A DNA stretch of 64,000 bases from positions 186,001 through 250,000 of the forward strand of contig JBLWGC010000002.1 of the NCBI GenBank assembly GCA_048772705.1, written 5' to 3'. Under the pieces are notes generated by a model, which ran no database searches, was not told the origin of the DNA, and saw only the letters and a list, made by a program, of their open reading frames with translations. Source of the DNA: Leidyana gryllorum EB-2025a (taxonomy: Eukaryota; Protista; Apicomplexa). Position numbers and translations under genes: made by a program. Shown here piece by piece: positions 43,276 through 53,991 of the stretch. The number at the start of each line of letters is the position of its first letter. Within the stretch, counting starts at the first letter, position 1.

Positions 43276-45550
43276 TCAAAGGGGAGCGCAAGCCTCGGCG
43301 AGCCACTGCACAGCTGAGGTCTTGAGATCATCCGGAACCTTCATAGAGGTGACAAACGGCAATGTCAGCCGATGTACTTCTTGGTGGTACTCATTGATCC
43401 AATCAATTTGCTGCAGGAAGAGTCACTGGCAATCATTGAATTGTAATCCAACTCACCTTTTGGGACAGAAGGGATCTGTCGATGAGTTTGCGGCAGTATG
43501 GAACGCGCGTCAATTGCGCAAATCGCAGGTATTCTTGTCCATTGAAGGCGTGAGGGGTGGAGTTGGGCTCAGCAAACATCAAATTCTCTATCCTGATACC
43601 GAACTGGCCATCCAAATATACTCCGGGTTCGTTGGAAACCACCATTCCAGCGAGCATTAGTGAGTCTGTTTGTCCCACTATATATCGGCTGGTGATAGTT
43701 GGTGGTGCCTCGTGGACTTCGAGGCTATGTCCAACTCCGTGGCCGGTGCCGTGCAGATAGTCCATACCGATCTCCCACAAAGGGCGTCTGGCGAGCAGAT
43801 CGAACTGATGGCCTCGCGTTTTAGCCGTGAAAGAGGTCATGGCGATGTCAACATGACCGATAAGAACGCGAGTGTACAATTCCTTCTGCCAGGCACTGGG
43901 TGTGCCAAAGTGGACGGTACGGGTGATATCGGTGGTTCCACCCTGATAGTGAGCCCCGGAGTCAATCAAATACATCCCGTCGGGGTTGAGACTCTTCGCA
44001 GTCTCTGGCTCGGCTCGGTAATGAATCACCGCCGCGTTGCTGTCAACCCCACTGATGCAGGGGAACGACAACGCCACGTAGTTTGGCTGAATGGACCGGA
44101 AATAGTCGAGTTTCGCCGAAGCTGTCGCCTCTGTGTGCTGACGGAGTGCAGCGGGAGTCATCGTATCGAGCCAAGCCAAGTATACAATAACAGCCGACGC
44201 ATCTTCCAGATGTGCATCAATCATTCCAGCAATCTCTGTCGCATTCTTGATGCCTTTGGCCTCCTTTATCGGACTGCTCTGCTCCAAATACAGCTCCTGG
44301 GCACTCTCAGTGGCCACACTGGCCTTAGCCAGTTGGTTCAGAGCGACGTTCACACTGCTGTCGATCCACACGCCGTTTATAGCGTCAGTCTGGGACTGTT
44401 TGATGATCGTCGGCAGATCACCAGCAATGTTAGAATACTCCTTCACCGTCACTCCGCAACTGTCCAAAGCCTTACGAGCGTCTTTCTCCAGACGGTCAGC
44501 AATATTCAAATACAGAAAGGCCTTATCCTGAGTCACCAGACCGTAACTCAGGAATATACGGCTGTAAGGAGCATCCAAACCGCGCAGGTTGAACAGCCAC
44601 GCCACTTCGCCCAGAGCCGCAACAATCAGCGTAGACATCTTCTTATCTGCCATTTTCTGGCGAAGACGAGTCAGTTTGTCCTCAACGGTCTCTCCAGCAT
44701 AAATGTCCTTCATCAACACCACAGGCACACTCGGGTACTTGGGCCGGGTCCCGTCCGCGTTCCACACACGATCCACCAGATTGTCCTGACCCTTTTCGAT
44801 ACCCTCCATCACCTTGAGGTCTTCGCATTTACCCTCGAGAGTCTGGAAACTCTCTCCACAACCGCGGTGAATGGGCACCAACTTGACGTTGTGTCCCTCC
44901 AACTCCGCTGATACGTCCTTCAGCCACTGCACTGTGTGCACATAAGGGTCAAATCCCACACGGTAACTTCGACCTTGATACTCTCCTCCTCGGGTACGCA
45001 GAAACTCTGGAATCGTGGGACATCCTGGAGTTCCGGAACGCTTCAACTCCCACAACTTGTTGTCCAACTGACGCTCGGCTTGCAGGAAGTAACGCCCATC
45101 GGTCCACAGATGTGCTGTGGTCAATTCAATCACAGCAGTACCCGCACTCCCGGTAAATCCCGTCATGTACTCCCGCCGGGCATCAGCTGGCACTGGATAT
45201 TCACTGTCATGAGCGTCAGTAGTCGGTACGAAATAGGCGTCAAGTTGATACTTGCCCAGTTCCTTCCTCAAGAGGTCAAGCTTAGTCTTGTTGTCAAACC
45301 CCATCTTGGCACCTATGCTGAAAGCGAAAGACTCTGTGGTACGACGAACACCAGCAACCGGCTTTGGATAATTCGATTGGGTAGCGAACAATGTCTCAGG
45401 AGGTAAAGCTTCACTCGATCTCCAGACTTCTTCGTATCGCTTCTCAGGACGAATCCGAAAGAACGAACTGTAATATCCCAAAGGATTTTCGCTTATGGGA
45501 AATCCTTCACACAGCCACCACAAGTTGAGAGCAACAGCACACAACAACAT
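43276..45550 (-). CDS. Xaa-Pro aminopeptidase (aminopeptidase P, M24B) with N-terminal signal-like extension
   Basis: DAHDSEY, TGFTGSAG, WTDGRYFLQA, IDSGAHYQGGTTDITRT, HGTGHGVG..VHE, SNEPGVY..GIRIEN; last intron before QIDWINEYH. Confidence 0.95.
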
Positions 45551-45982
45551 TCTCCGTTTTTGACCTTACCACCGACAAGAGACGCGGGAACTATGGATCC
45601 ATTGTCGCCAGGTGTCTCTGAAATGCCATTCTGCTGTCTGACTTTCCACTTTGCCACCGTAGAAATCTGGGATCGCACCGCGGTCAGCCAGCCGCACACG
45701 TGTGTGATGGACTTGAAAGGTGGAGGAGCCTCTGCTTTAGCTTCAACGCTGCGAAGTTTACTTGTTACCAGTGACGTTGTCACCACAACCCCATTGAGAC
45801 GTTGGTGGTCATCAACGGAGTTGCGGTGGACGGTCACCAAATATGCCTGAGGGCAGGAAGTATTGCTGCTACTTAAGGTCGTATGTTGGAATTGCTACGT
45901 TATGCTAGTTGTTGTTGTACCTTTTCTTCCTTCGAGGGAAGTTGAGGATACTGAATTTGTGGCGTGCAGACAGGTGTGTAAT

Positions 45983-47755
45983 TTAACGATATCTGGTGGG
46001 TTGAGGAGAGTCGTTGCTGTCGGGTGGTGACTCATTGCTGTCTGGAGGTGACTCGTTGCTGTCTGGTGGTGACTCGTTGCTGTCTGGTGGTGACTCGTTG
46101 CTGTTGGGCGAGTCATTTTCGGGAGATGCGGACTGCGGAGACTCCTCTGAGGGGGGTGTATCGTCGCTGTTGGGTTCCTTGCTGGAGCTACTATCGTCTG
46201 AGGGGGGTGATATGCGTGGGGCTGGTGTGGATTCGGGGGAGACGCTATCGAAGCCGGAGCGGTGAGGGATTGCGTAGAGGTCGGGGCTGGGATCTGGGCT
46301 GCCGCTGCTGCCACTACTGCTGCTGTCATCGGGGCTGATACTATTTGTGTCATAATCTGGATCTGAGGGGTAGGTGGAGGGGCTGCTTTCCTCTGAGTCC
46401 AAAATATGTTGTCTGCGATCGCCGAGGTGGGGTTCCATGGCATTGTGTCTCCAGCAGCCGTTTCCGGGTTTCTCGAACCAGTTGTATTCGCCGGCTGGTT
46501 CGCGTTTTTCTTCGTCGTCGATGTAGAAAGTGGTTCTGGTCCATTTGGTGCCACTGATCTGTTGGTATTCCCATTGTTCTTTGGCGAGTTTCTCGAAGAA
46601 GGGGTCTCTGGGGTCGACTTTGCGGCTGACGATGCGTCCGACTTGGACATAGGAAGCTCTGCCTTTGCAGCTTCTGAGCACCTCTGCGAAGAACTGGTGG
46701 ACGCGGCGGTCCGGGAGGGCGATTTTGTTGGTTTGGTCGACGAGTTTGATGACTTCACATTTCTTGGGGCTGAGGTCGGCGGGGAGGGGGGCGACTGTGA
46801 AGGAGCGAGTGCTCTGGTAGTAGCTAAGGAGGTAAATGGGGTATCCCGTCTTTGTATAGATGGCTGCGAACTGGACGTCGCTGTCGCGTTTGTTGTATTT
46901 GGAGGTGATGATGAGCGGCTGATTGTCGGGGAGGAGCTTCAAGCGGAGGGCGTCGGTGACAAAGGCGGCGTGATCGTCCATGGCTTTGATAATGTCGTAG
47001 TCTTTGGTGTCTGCGACGGCGGGGTCATCCGTGGCCATGAACCAACTGGGGTTGGAGCGGATCTCTTTGCGGCACCAGCAGCAAAGGCCGGTGGGTTTGA
47101 CGTAAAAGAGGATTCCGCGGGTCTCTGGGTACTGTCGGGAGGCCTCTCCGAAGGTGCTGGTTATCGTCAGACGGTCGTCGCCTTTGTACAAGTGGTCGTC
47201 CACGATGAAATCAAAGTTGCGTAATTTGATATTCTCGATACCAATGTTCTTCATCAAGTACTGATCGGAGATGTAATACTCTTCGCGAGCGGCTATCTGA
47301 CGATCCATAAAGACGATCGACGGGGGCCGCCCTTTGTCCGGGCTCGTCAAGAAAATCTTCTTGCAGTCAGATGGGAACCCCTCCTGACACAACACGGCCA
47401 CCAACAGATTGATGTTAAACAGCAGAGCGTGTTTCAGAGACTCCTCTCCCTGTTCCGACGTGAAAATCTCCCAATGATCGCTCCCGTCAGCCAACGCCAA
47501 CGCAAACAGCCGACCGCCCGCTGTGCTCAATCTGATCACCGGAAGCAACGGACACACCGGGGGAATGTCTTTGTCACCACCCAGAAACGCCCATCCACCC
47601 GGCCAGATCTCCACCAAAATCCTACCGTACTCGGCAGCCCAATGATCACTCACAATCATTGACGAGTCCATATCCTGCACATCAAAACCCTCCTTCCGCC
47701 ACGCATTCGGAATGGCCGTCGCACCAATATTGGCTATATACTTTCGCTGCGTCAT
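45983..47755 (-). CDS. Orphan protein (590 aa) with Ser/Pro/Asp-rich tail
   Basis: Intronless ATG ORF with coding-like codon bias; globular-looking N-terminal ~440 aa; (DSNESPP)x4 tail. Confidence 0.8.
   Translation of the reverse strand: MTQRKYIANIGATAIPNAWRKEGFDVQDMDSSMIVSDHWAAEYGRILVEIWPGGWAFLGGDKDIPPVCPLLPVIRLSTAGGRLFALALADGSDHWEIFTSEQGEESLKHALLFNINLLVAVLCQEGFPSDCKKIFLTSPDKGRPPSIVFMDRQIAAREEYYISDQYLMKNIGIENIKLRNFDFIVDDHLYKGDDRLTITSTFGEASRQYPETRGILFYVKPTGLCCWCRKEIRSNPSWFMATDDPAVADTKDYDIIKAMDDHAAFVTDALRLKLLPDNQPLIITSKYNKRDSDVQFAAIYTKTGYPIYLLSYYQSTRSFTVAPLPADLSPKKCEVIKLVDQTNKIALPDRRVHQFFAEVLRSCKGRASYVQVGRIVSRKVDPRDPFFEKLAKEQWEYQQISGTKWTRTTFYIDDEEKREPAGEYNWFEKPGNGCWRHNAMEPHLGDRRQHILDSEESSPSTYPSDPDYDTNSISPDDSSSSGSSGSPDPSPDLYAIPHRSGFDSVSPESTPAPRISPPSDDSSSSKEPNSDDTPPSEESPQSASPENDSPNSNESPPDSNESPPDSNESPPDSNESPPDSNDSPQPTRYR
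46010..46105 (-). repeat. 21-bp coding tandem repeat (DSNESPP)
   Basis: ctcgttgctgtctggtggtga repeated ~4.5 times on the + strand. Confidence 0.9.
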
Positions 47756-47822
47756 ATGTGTACTGCCTCCAGATCTTCAAAGTAATGTGTCAATAAACTT
47801 CTCATTTCACATGCAACCCTTC

Positions 47823-47925
47823 GACACTCAGACACATACGACACTCAGACACAGTGAACCTTTGGACACTCAGACACACTATGGTGAGGGGATTTGAAGG
47901 GGTTTGAGGGGATTTGAGGGTTTGA
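47823..47925. repeat. Intergenic 14-bp direct repeat x3 plus G-tract repeat
   Basis: gacactcagacaca at 47823, 47840 and 47865, followed by gaggggatttgaaggggtttgaggggatttgagggtttga. Confidence 0.85.
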
Positions 47926-48011
47926 ATAAATTTGAGAGTCGGTTTTGTTCTCATCACGTAACGAACGTGGCACTACCATAAAAAGTAACCCTGCCATACC
48001 GCTTCCTCTCC

Positions 48012-49070
48012 TCAGTTGGCGGTGGCGTGGCTCCCCTTAACGTCGATGACGAAGCGGAATTTCACGTCACTCTTCAGAACGCGTTCGTAGGCTTCGTTGA
48101 TATATTCGCCTTTGATGACTTCGATCACCGGAAGCACTTTGTTCTCTCCACAAAAGTCGAGCATCTCCTGCGTCTCTGGGATGCCACCAATGCAGGACCC
48201 CAGAATCTGACGCCGTTTCATCAATAAGGCGAACGCGGGGAGGCTGTCGGGTTCGGCGGTGGGCGGGGCGCCCACCACGATATAGGTGCCGTCTCTCTTG
48301 AGCAGGTTCAGGAACTTGTCCAGAGCCTTCTTGTTGGACACAGTGTCGATGACGACGTCCAGAGATTGGACCTTCGAGGCGTATTCCTCCTCAGTCACCA
48401 AAAAGTCCGTGGCGCCCAGCGACTTGGCCAACTCTCTCTTTGCATCCGAACGAGACAGCACAGTGACTTCGTTGCCAAAGGCAGCGGCAAATTGCAGAGC
48501 CATGTGCCCCAACCCCCCGAGGCCCACAACCCCGACTTTCTTGCCGCCCTTCTTCAGTCCGCAATGGTTCAGCGGCGAATAAGTGGTAATTCCCGCACAC
48601 AGCAACGGGGCCGCGCGATCTAAGGGGAGGGAATCTGGGATCCGTAGGACAAAGTCTTCCGGGACAACGACATACTTCCCATACCCGCCTTGGGTCCGCT
48701 CGCCGTCCGGCAGAGTAGTGCCATAAGTGAGCTCGGCACCATTGCAGTATTGTTGTAAACCCTCCGAACAGTCTTCACATTTGCGACAACTGCCAACCAA
48801 ACAGCCAACACCTACGCGGTCGCCTTCCTTGAATTTGGTTACATCGGCTCCCACTTTGCTCACAACGCCGGTAAACTCGTGACCCGGCACCAACGGATAG
48901 GTGCTCGGGAACCACTCATCGCGCACAGAGTGAATGTCAGAGTGACAAATGCCACAGTAAGCAACTTCGATCAAAACATCGTTGGGACGCGGGTCACGGA
49001 TCTCGTACTTCCACGGGGCCAAAGGAGCGCTGGCAGCGGGAGCGGCAAATCCAACGTTCTCAACGGGCAT
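48012..49070 (-). CDS. Zn-dependent NADP(H) alcohol dehydrogenase (CAD/AdhA/YahK-like MDR)
   Basis: CGICHSD, VPGHE, GDRVGVGC, CxxCxxC..C, APLLCAGITTYSPL, GLGGLGHM, SDVKFRFVID; intronless. Confidence 0.96.
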   Translation of the reverse strand: MPVENVGFAAPAASAPLAPWKYEIRDPRPNDVLIEVAYCGICHSDIHSVRDEWFPSTYPLVPGHEFTGVVSKVGADVTKFKEGDRVGVGCLVGSCRKCEDCSEGLQQYCNGAELTYGTTLPDGERTQGGYGKYVVVPEDFVLRIPDSLPLDRAAPLLCAGITTYSPLNHCGLKKGGKKVGVVGLGGLGHMALQFAAAFGNEVTVLSRSDAKRELAKSLGATDFLVTEEEYASKVQSLDVVIDTVSNKKALDKFLNLLKRDGTYIVVGAPPTAEPDSLPAFALLMKRRQILGSCIGGIPETQEMLDFCGENKVLPVIEVIKGEYINEAYERVLKSDVKFRFVIDVKGSHATAN

Positions 49071-49536
49071 TTGCGATTACGGAATGAACGAACGAGTGAC
49101 TGTGAGTGAGTGATAGCACTGAATAAATCTCTCATCAAAGGCGACGGCATGTCTCTGTCCCATTGGGACACCACACTGTCCCAAGAGCCTTTCTGGCGCT
49201 CACTGTTTGTCCCATCAGCCATTCTTCTACTCACTCACACCCGAGACACAACGAGCATTAGAACTGACTTTAGTAACAAAACTCAACTTACCTGCGGGGT
49301 GCAGTGGCTCGATCAAGAAGCGGCCCGCAGACAGAGGAGCAAACCATTGCACGGATAACCGGTGTTGTGATTCTGTCGGAAGGGCCACATTCGTTGGGCC
49401 TTCCACCTGAGATTTTCTGGGAGGGCGGACGAGGCTTGTCTCGGCGCCGACGAAACCCCGAGTTTTAAAAACTAGGGTTTGTCAAGTGTTCGAATTATAT
49501 TGATCAACAGTTTGCGCTCGCGCAACTATCGCCCAA

Positions 49537-50346
49537 ATGGCGCTGCAGAGGAAAATCAATGTAATGATACGAGTGGCTGCACTGGAAAAGAACAGTGTGG
49601 AGACTTTGGCCCTACCGAAACAACGACGACGCTCGTCCGCTAGTAGTATGTCAAGACAGGGACAACTCGCGCAAACGAAGAAGCTGACTGCTACGGACGC
49701 GGCTTATATGGGAAACAACAAGTATTTGCGCGCTATTGTTTGTACACCGCCCGCCAGACCGCCGGAATGGGTGTGTGTGGAGCGCGTGCGTCAGCAACTC
49801 ATGTCTGCGCCGTGTCGTTTGCGGGCTCACAGATCGCCGCCGACGGCTAATATGGCGCAATTGAACGTTAGAAAGCGGCAATTAAACTCGAATTTACCGC
49901 CGCAGGGGAAACCAGAAATTCCGCCATTTCCAGTGGGAACCTCTTCAAGACTGAGTTTCGAGAATTTGATTGTTAATCGTTTCATCTCCTACAATGACAC
50001 TCACCCCTTTGAGGGTGGGGCCTCGCGTCAAACGACTACGGCGACCACATCGACTGATCTGTCGAGTGTTATACAGAACGGATTGAGGATTTGGGCGCGA
50101 AATAACGCGCAGAACGGAGGCTCGTGTGTGGGTTGTGGACTGAGTGACGCGGCTGAGTCTCCAGTCTCAGCGCCGCGCACGACTGTGCGCGAGCAATGCG
50201 AGGTCGCGCGCGCGCGCGACCGCAAAGAAAAGCGATCTGAAAGTCAAAGGGACACACAACCGCGTCAAATTCCCGTTCGACGAAAGGAGGCTCGGATATG
50301 GGCATTTCTGCGCAAGTTGGGCGCACTTCTGATGTTTCGGGTGTGA
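49537..50346 (+). CDS. Hypothetical basic low-complexity protein
   Basis: 269-aa ATG ORF overlapping the start of the ankyrin ORF by 49 nt; no domain recognised. Confidence 0.4.
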   Translation: MALQRKINVMIRVAALEKNSVETLALPKQRRRSSASSMSRQGQLAQTKKLTATDAAYMGNNKYLRAIVCTPPARPPEWVCVERVRQQLMSAPCRLRAHRSPPTANMAQLNVRKRQLNSNLPPQGKPEIPPFPVGTSSRLSFENLIVNRFISYNDTHPFEGGASRQTTTATTSTDLSSVIQNGLRIWARNNAQNGGSCVGCGLSDAAESPVSAPRTTVREQCEVARARDRKEKRSESQRDTQPRQIPVRRKEARIWAFLRKLGALLMFRV

Positions 50347-52685
50347 AAGAGACTGATAATAATAAGACTGATGAAAGAACTGACATTCCGTCTGCTCAAC
50401 TGGACCCGACCCCCGCGACTGAAACTACGACCACCGCTGCTTGTGGCGATACGAGCTTCACCGCCACCTTCACTTTGACCTCGGTAGCGCGGTTTCCGAT
50501 CTCCTCGTCGTCTGCCTCTTCGCCCGCGGGTTCAGAGCTCGATAACCCCCCCAAATCGCCACCGGGCGCGGAATCGCGCGGGCCCGAAGTGGGTATCGAT
50601 GGGTACTTTAAGGCCACCCCGCCCGATCAGATACCTCTGAATCTGTATCGGAAGTGGCAGAGCCTCACACACTTAGCCGCTGACCCCTCTGTGATAAACG
50701 GCGATGAGATTCTACCGGTGTTGGAGTACCATCTTCGGCTGTGTCGGGCTGTTGGACGACGCCGAGCTGCAGTGGAGCTCCGCCGAAAGCCGCTGTCGTT
50801 ACCTCAAGTTGTGCTCGAGTTGATCGAGTTGGAGCAGTTGGGATGGCTCCGGAAGCACTATCCTCAGGTGCTGACCTCACCGCTGGACGACCAGGGATAC
50901 ACGATTTACCATTGGGCCGCGTGTCGGTCACTGCCGAGTCTGAAAGCGTTACTGTATAACGATCGATCCATTCTTTCGATCTCATCGACGGACGGAAAGG
51001 ACCCATTGATGGTGGCGATCCTCGCTCGGAATTATGAGAGCTTTGAGCTGCTGTGGAAGATTACGGGGATGCGATACCATCAGAACGCGGATGGGTATTA
51101 CGCCATTCATACCGCCGCACAACTCGATGAGGCCGAGTTTCTCAAACGAATGCTTCAGGACGTTTGTCAATCGGATTTCGAAGATCGATACGGCCGAACT
51201 CCGCTACACATTGCCGCTCTTTGTAACGCTGGGGAGGCCATCAAGCTTTTGTGCGCTCAGCCGCGTGACGCGCTGGTCGCCAGCCTCACCCACAAAGACG
51301 TCTGCGGCTATGTGCCGCTGGATTACGCAATTCAGAACGGCCACTTCAAAGCTGCGCTCCTTCTCACAGACTGTGGACGAACGCCGCTCTCGGGACAATT
51401 CAATGTGTCTATGTGCATCGCCCTGGAGAATGGTCACAAGAAGATTGTGCAATGGGTGGTGCATAACTACGGGAGATTGAGGCCGAATGGGCTCTGGTTG
51501 CTTCCTAAGGACTCGACTGGGTGCTCAATGTGGCTGGCGGCTATGAAGAGAGGGTCGGTTGAGCTCCTCGATATGGTGATGGAAGCCGAGTTTGATCTTT
51601 GGGGCGAGATCGACTCGACGAGCCGAGAAAGCATTCGGGACGAGGACGCCAATGCACTGTGGTACGCGTTCCACAATGGAATGAAAGACGCTTTCCGGTG
51701 GTTCTGGTGGAACTTTCCGTCGAAATTTGAGTGGATGGCTCAGAAACGCATCAAGGCGTATCTGTTGACCCAACGTCACGGAGACGCGCGACGTGTGTTT
51801 CGCATCGTCAATGTCCTCCTCCCGGGACACACTGACAGAGAGGCCGTCCAGTGGCTGTTGGATCGCTTCGAGTGCATTTTCAGCGCCGCCACAATCAGAG
51901 AGCTGATGCTCCAGTACCCACTGGGGTACTCTGTCCTCCATGTTAACCGGGCGCCGCTGAGCATCATACTGATCAGAGATCCCGCGTCGGCTCTGCAGGA
52001 CTCGTATTTGGGACTCCTGCGATCGTACGGGTACGAGATCGACGATGACTGCGGCTTTATGGACGCTCTCGCTGCCGCTCAGCTCGAACCACCGGCACTT
52101 CCACGGGCGGCCGATGCGAAAGCCATCGGCCGCATTAGCGCTCGGTCGATGCTCAGATTCAAACTGAGTCTGCCGCGAAGCGCTCAACGGCGCTTCCGGG
52201 ACCCAAATATCGCTGACCCGACTCTACGGTTCATTGCAATGAAAGTCGCGCAAGTGTTCTTGGCCACATTCCTGCGGAGTCTGTGGGCCGAGAAGGAGCT
52301 CGAGGGTTTCTGGAACCTGCGGTATTTGGCGGAACCGCCCCCGCGTAGGCGCCGCCAGAGACCCGAATTAACGATCAGATTCGGCGGAAAGCGCGAGAGG
52401 GCGGCGGCAGCGGGAACAGGAACGCCCAGCGGCCGGGCGGCCCGGGGAGAAGATGTTCGCAGTACGACGATACCCGTCTCCTCGTCTGCGGGAGAGGAGC
52501 CGACTTTGGTCGGGGCGAAGAAGAGTGGTGCGAGACGGCTCGCTTTCCGAAGACGTGGTGGAGATTACGATAGCCGCGCAGTACGTATCACTACGAAGAC
52601 GACTCCAAACTCAATAATGGATTCTGTAGTCGACTCTCTCGGGAAAATGGACAGCGTTCTGTCGACGGAGGATTCGAGGCTTTGA
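50298..52685 (+). CDS. Ankyrin-repeat protein
   Basis: GYTIYHWAA, GKDPLMVAI, GYYAIHTAA, GRTPLHIAA, GYVPLDYAIQNGH, IALENGH. Confidence 0.88.
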   Translation: MGISAQVGRTSDVSGVKETDNNKTDERTDIPSAQLDPTPATETTTTAACGDTSFTATFTLTSVARFPISSSSASSPAGSELDNPPKSPPGAESRGPEVGIDGYFKATPPDQIPLNLYRKWQSLTHLAADPSVINGDEILPVLEYHLRLCRAVGRRRAAVELRRKPLSLPQVVLELIELEQLGWLRKHYPQVLTSPLDDQGYTIYHWAACRSLPSLKALLYNDRSILSISSTDGKDPLMVAILARNYESFELLWKITGMRYHQNADGYYAIHTAAQLDEAEFLKRMLQDVCQSDFEDRYGRTPLHIAALCNAGEAIKLLCAQPRDALVASLTHKDVCGYVPLDYAIQNGHFKAALLLTDCGRTPLSGQFNVSMCIALENGHKKIVQWVVHNYGRLRPNGLWLLPKDSTGCSMWLAAMKRGSVELLDMVMEAEFDLWGEIDSTSRESIRDEDANALWYAFHNGMKDAFRWFWWNFPSKFEWMAQKRIKAYLLTQRHGDARRVFRIVNVLLPGHTDREAVQWLLDRFECIFSAATIRELMLQYPLGYSVLHVNRAPLSIILIRDPASALQDSYLGLLRSYGYEIDDDCGFMDALAAAQLEPPALPRAADAKAIGRISARSMLRFKLSLPRSAQRRFRDPNIADPTLRFIAMKVAQVFLATFLRSLWAEKELEGFWNLRYLAEPPPRRRRQRPELTIRFGGKRERAAAAGTGTPSGRAARGEDVRSTTIPVSSSAGEEPTLVGAKKSGARRLAFRRRGGDYDSRAVRITTKTTPNSIMDSVVDSLGKMDSVLSTEDSRL

Positions 52686-52881
52686 CTGAAACTGACTAAT
52701 GGAAAGAGGTCTACGCACTTTGCTGTGCATTTACGCACTGTAATACTCATTGGTGGTTTGGGATCCAAAGTAAACAGCGGCCAGCTCTACGAGACGTGGA
52801 AGGGAAGAGAAGAGAAGAGTCGGCAACAGAGACTCCTTTGACTTCGGAGAGACGACTCCTAAAAAGTAGCGGAGAGAGATC

Positions 52882-53928
52882 TCACCAGCGCAATCCGTGT
52901 TCCTTGAGCAAATTTGCTAAGGTTTCGAGTTCCCGAAGTTTGCGCCGCGCCGTCTTTCGTGCCTTCTTCCCCAGTTTCAGGGGACCGGCATTCTGACCGC
53001 GCGTCTGGAGGACTTTGTGCATATCTTCGTACAGCAAATTGAGGATCGGCTGAGAATCCCAACGGTCCCTCCCCTGACGTCTGTGGTGAGGAGGCGGTGG
53101 CCGACGATTCTGCTGCTGGGGCGGACGCGGTGGATTCTTCCCTTTGGTGGAACGGCCCCACTTGTGAGACCCAAATTTGGTCATCAACTCGCCGCGCAGA
53201 ATCCGTTCAATGCTGCGAGGCGTCACATCGAGCTGACCGTCCTCGTATTCGAGCTCCGCCGTGTCTCTCCTCCTGTGTAGGAAACCAGTTGGACGCCAGC
53301 TGTCAGTACCGGTCGTTGTCACAGTCGATGGGATACCCTCATCTTTGACAACTGCTCCACTCGGCTGCTCGCCGACTCCTCCCGCCGCACACGGGGGAGA
53401 CGGCTCCAACTCTTCCGTTTTCAACGCCGGCAGGGAACTGTGTTGAGTCTCGACCGCGCCCGACGCGTCCTCCCTGCCACCCGAAGGGGGGGCCAAGGAG
53501 TCGCCGTGTTCGCTCGGAAGCGGGAAAGAGGACGGCTCAGCCGTTGTTGCGATGGGCACATTGTCGTCATCGACCAAAGATGTGTCATCTCCGTCCTCCG
53601 GCAATAATTCGTCGCACCCATCGTCTCCCTCCACCTCCCAACTCTCCTCCCCTTCCGAATCTTTGGCCTCCCCAAAAGGGTAACCAAAGCTGTCAGTGCC
53701 CCACAACACTCCTTCTGTCCGACCTGACTCACCCCTGGCTCCCTCTGGGGGGAACCACCCAGTCGAGAGCTCATCACCATCTGCCCAGAGGTCGTCCTCA
53801 GCACTCACCACTGGCAGTGCGTTAGCTTCGAGGTCGTCGACTGAATCAGCTTGTGGGAGTCGCACCTCCTCATCCGATTGGCTGACTCGCAACCAATCGT
53901 GTCTGTGGCTTGACTGCGCTGTGTACAT
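52882..53928 (-). CDS. Hypothetical acidic/disordered protein with basic C-terminus
   Basis: 348-aa ATG ORF; D/E-rich N-terminal half; C-terminal KKARKTARRKLR (NLS-like). Confidence 0.7.
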   Translation of the reverse strand: MYTAQSSHRHDWLRVSQSDEEVRLPQADSVDDLEANALPVVSAEDDLWADGDELSTGWFPPEGARGESGRTEGVLWGTDSFGYPFGEAKDSEGEESWEVEGDDGCDELLPEDGDDTSLVDDDNVPIATTAEPSSFPLPSEHGDSLAPPSGGREDASGAVETQHSSLPALKTEELEPSPPCAAGGVGEQPSGAVVKDEGIPSTVTTTGTDSWRPTGFLHRRRDTAELEYEDGQLDVTPRSIERILRGELMTKFGSHKWGRSTKGKNPPRPPQQQNRRPPPPHHRRQGRDRWDSQPILNLLYEDMHKVLQTRGQNAGPLKLGKKARKTARRKLRELETLANLLKEHGLRW

Positions 53929-53960
53929 GATACCCGATAATCACACGTAATAAATGTTTC

Positions 53961-53991
53961 TTGCGTGTTGTTGCGTGTTGTTGCGTGTTGC
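53961..53991. repeat. 10-bp tandem repeat x3 upstream of the 53928 ATG
   Basis: ttgcgtgttg x3. Confidence 0.85.

Noticed and set aside
43670-47224. Long plus-strand ORFs 43670-44911 and 46406-47224 (also minus-strand 31220-32083)
   Set aside because: Antisense shadows of aminopeptidase P, the orphan gene and STI1.
47884-47925. True telomere or chromosome end
   Set aside because: Only ~4 irregular units, internal, with genes on both sides.
50202-50298. Slippage at (CG)7 fusing ORF 49537 to the ankyrin ORF
   Set aside because: A TGA at 50238-50240, in the ankyrin frame, lies between the repeat and the ankyrin ATG.
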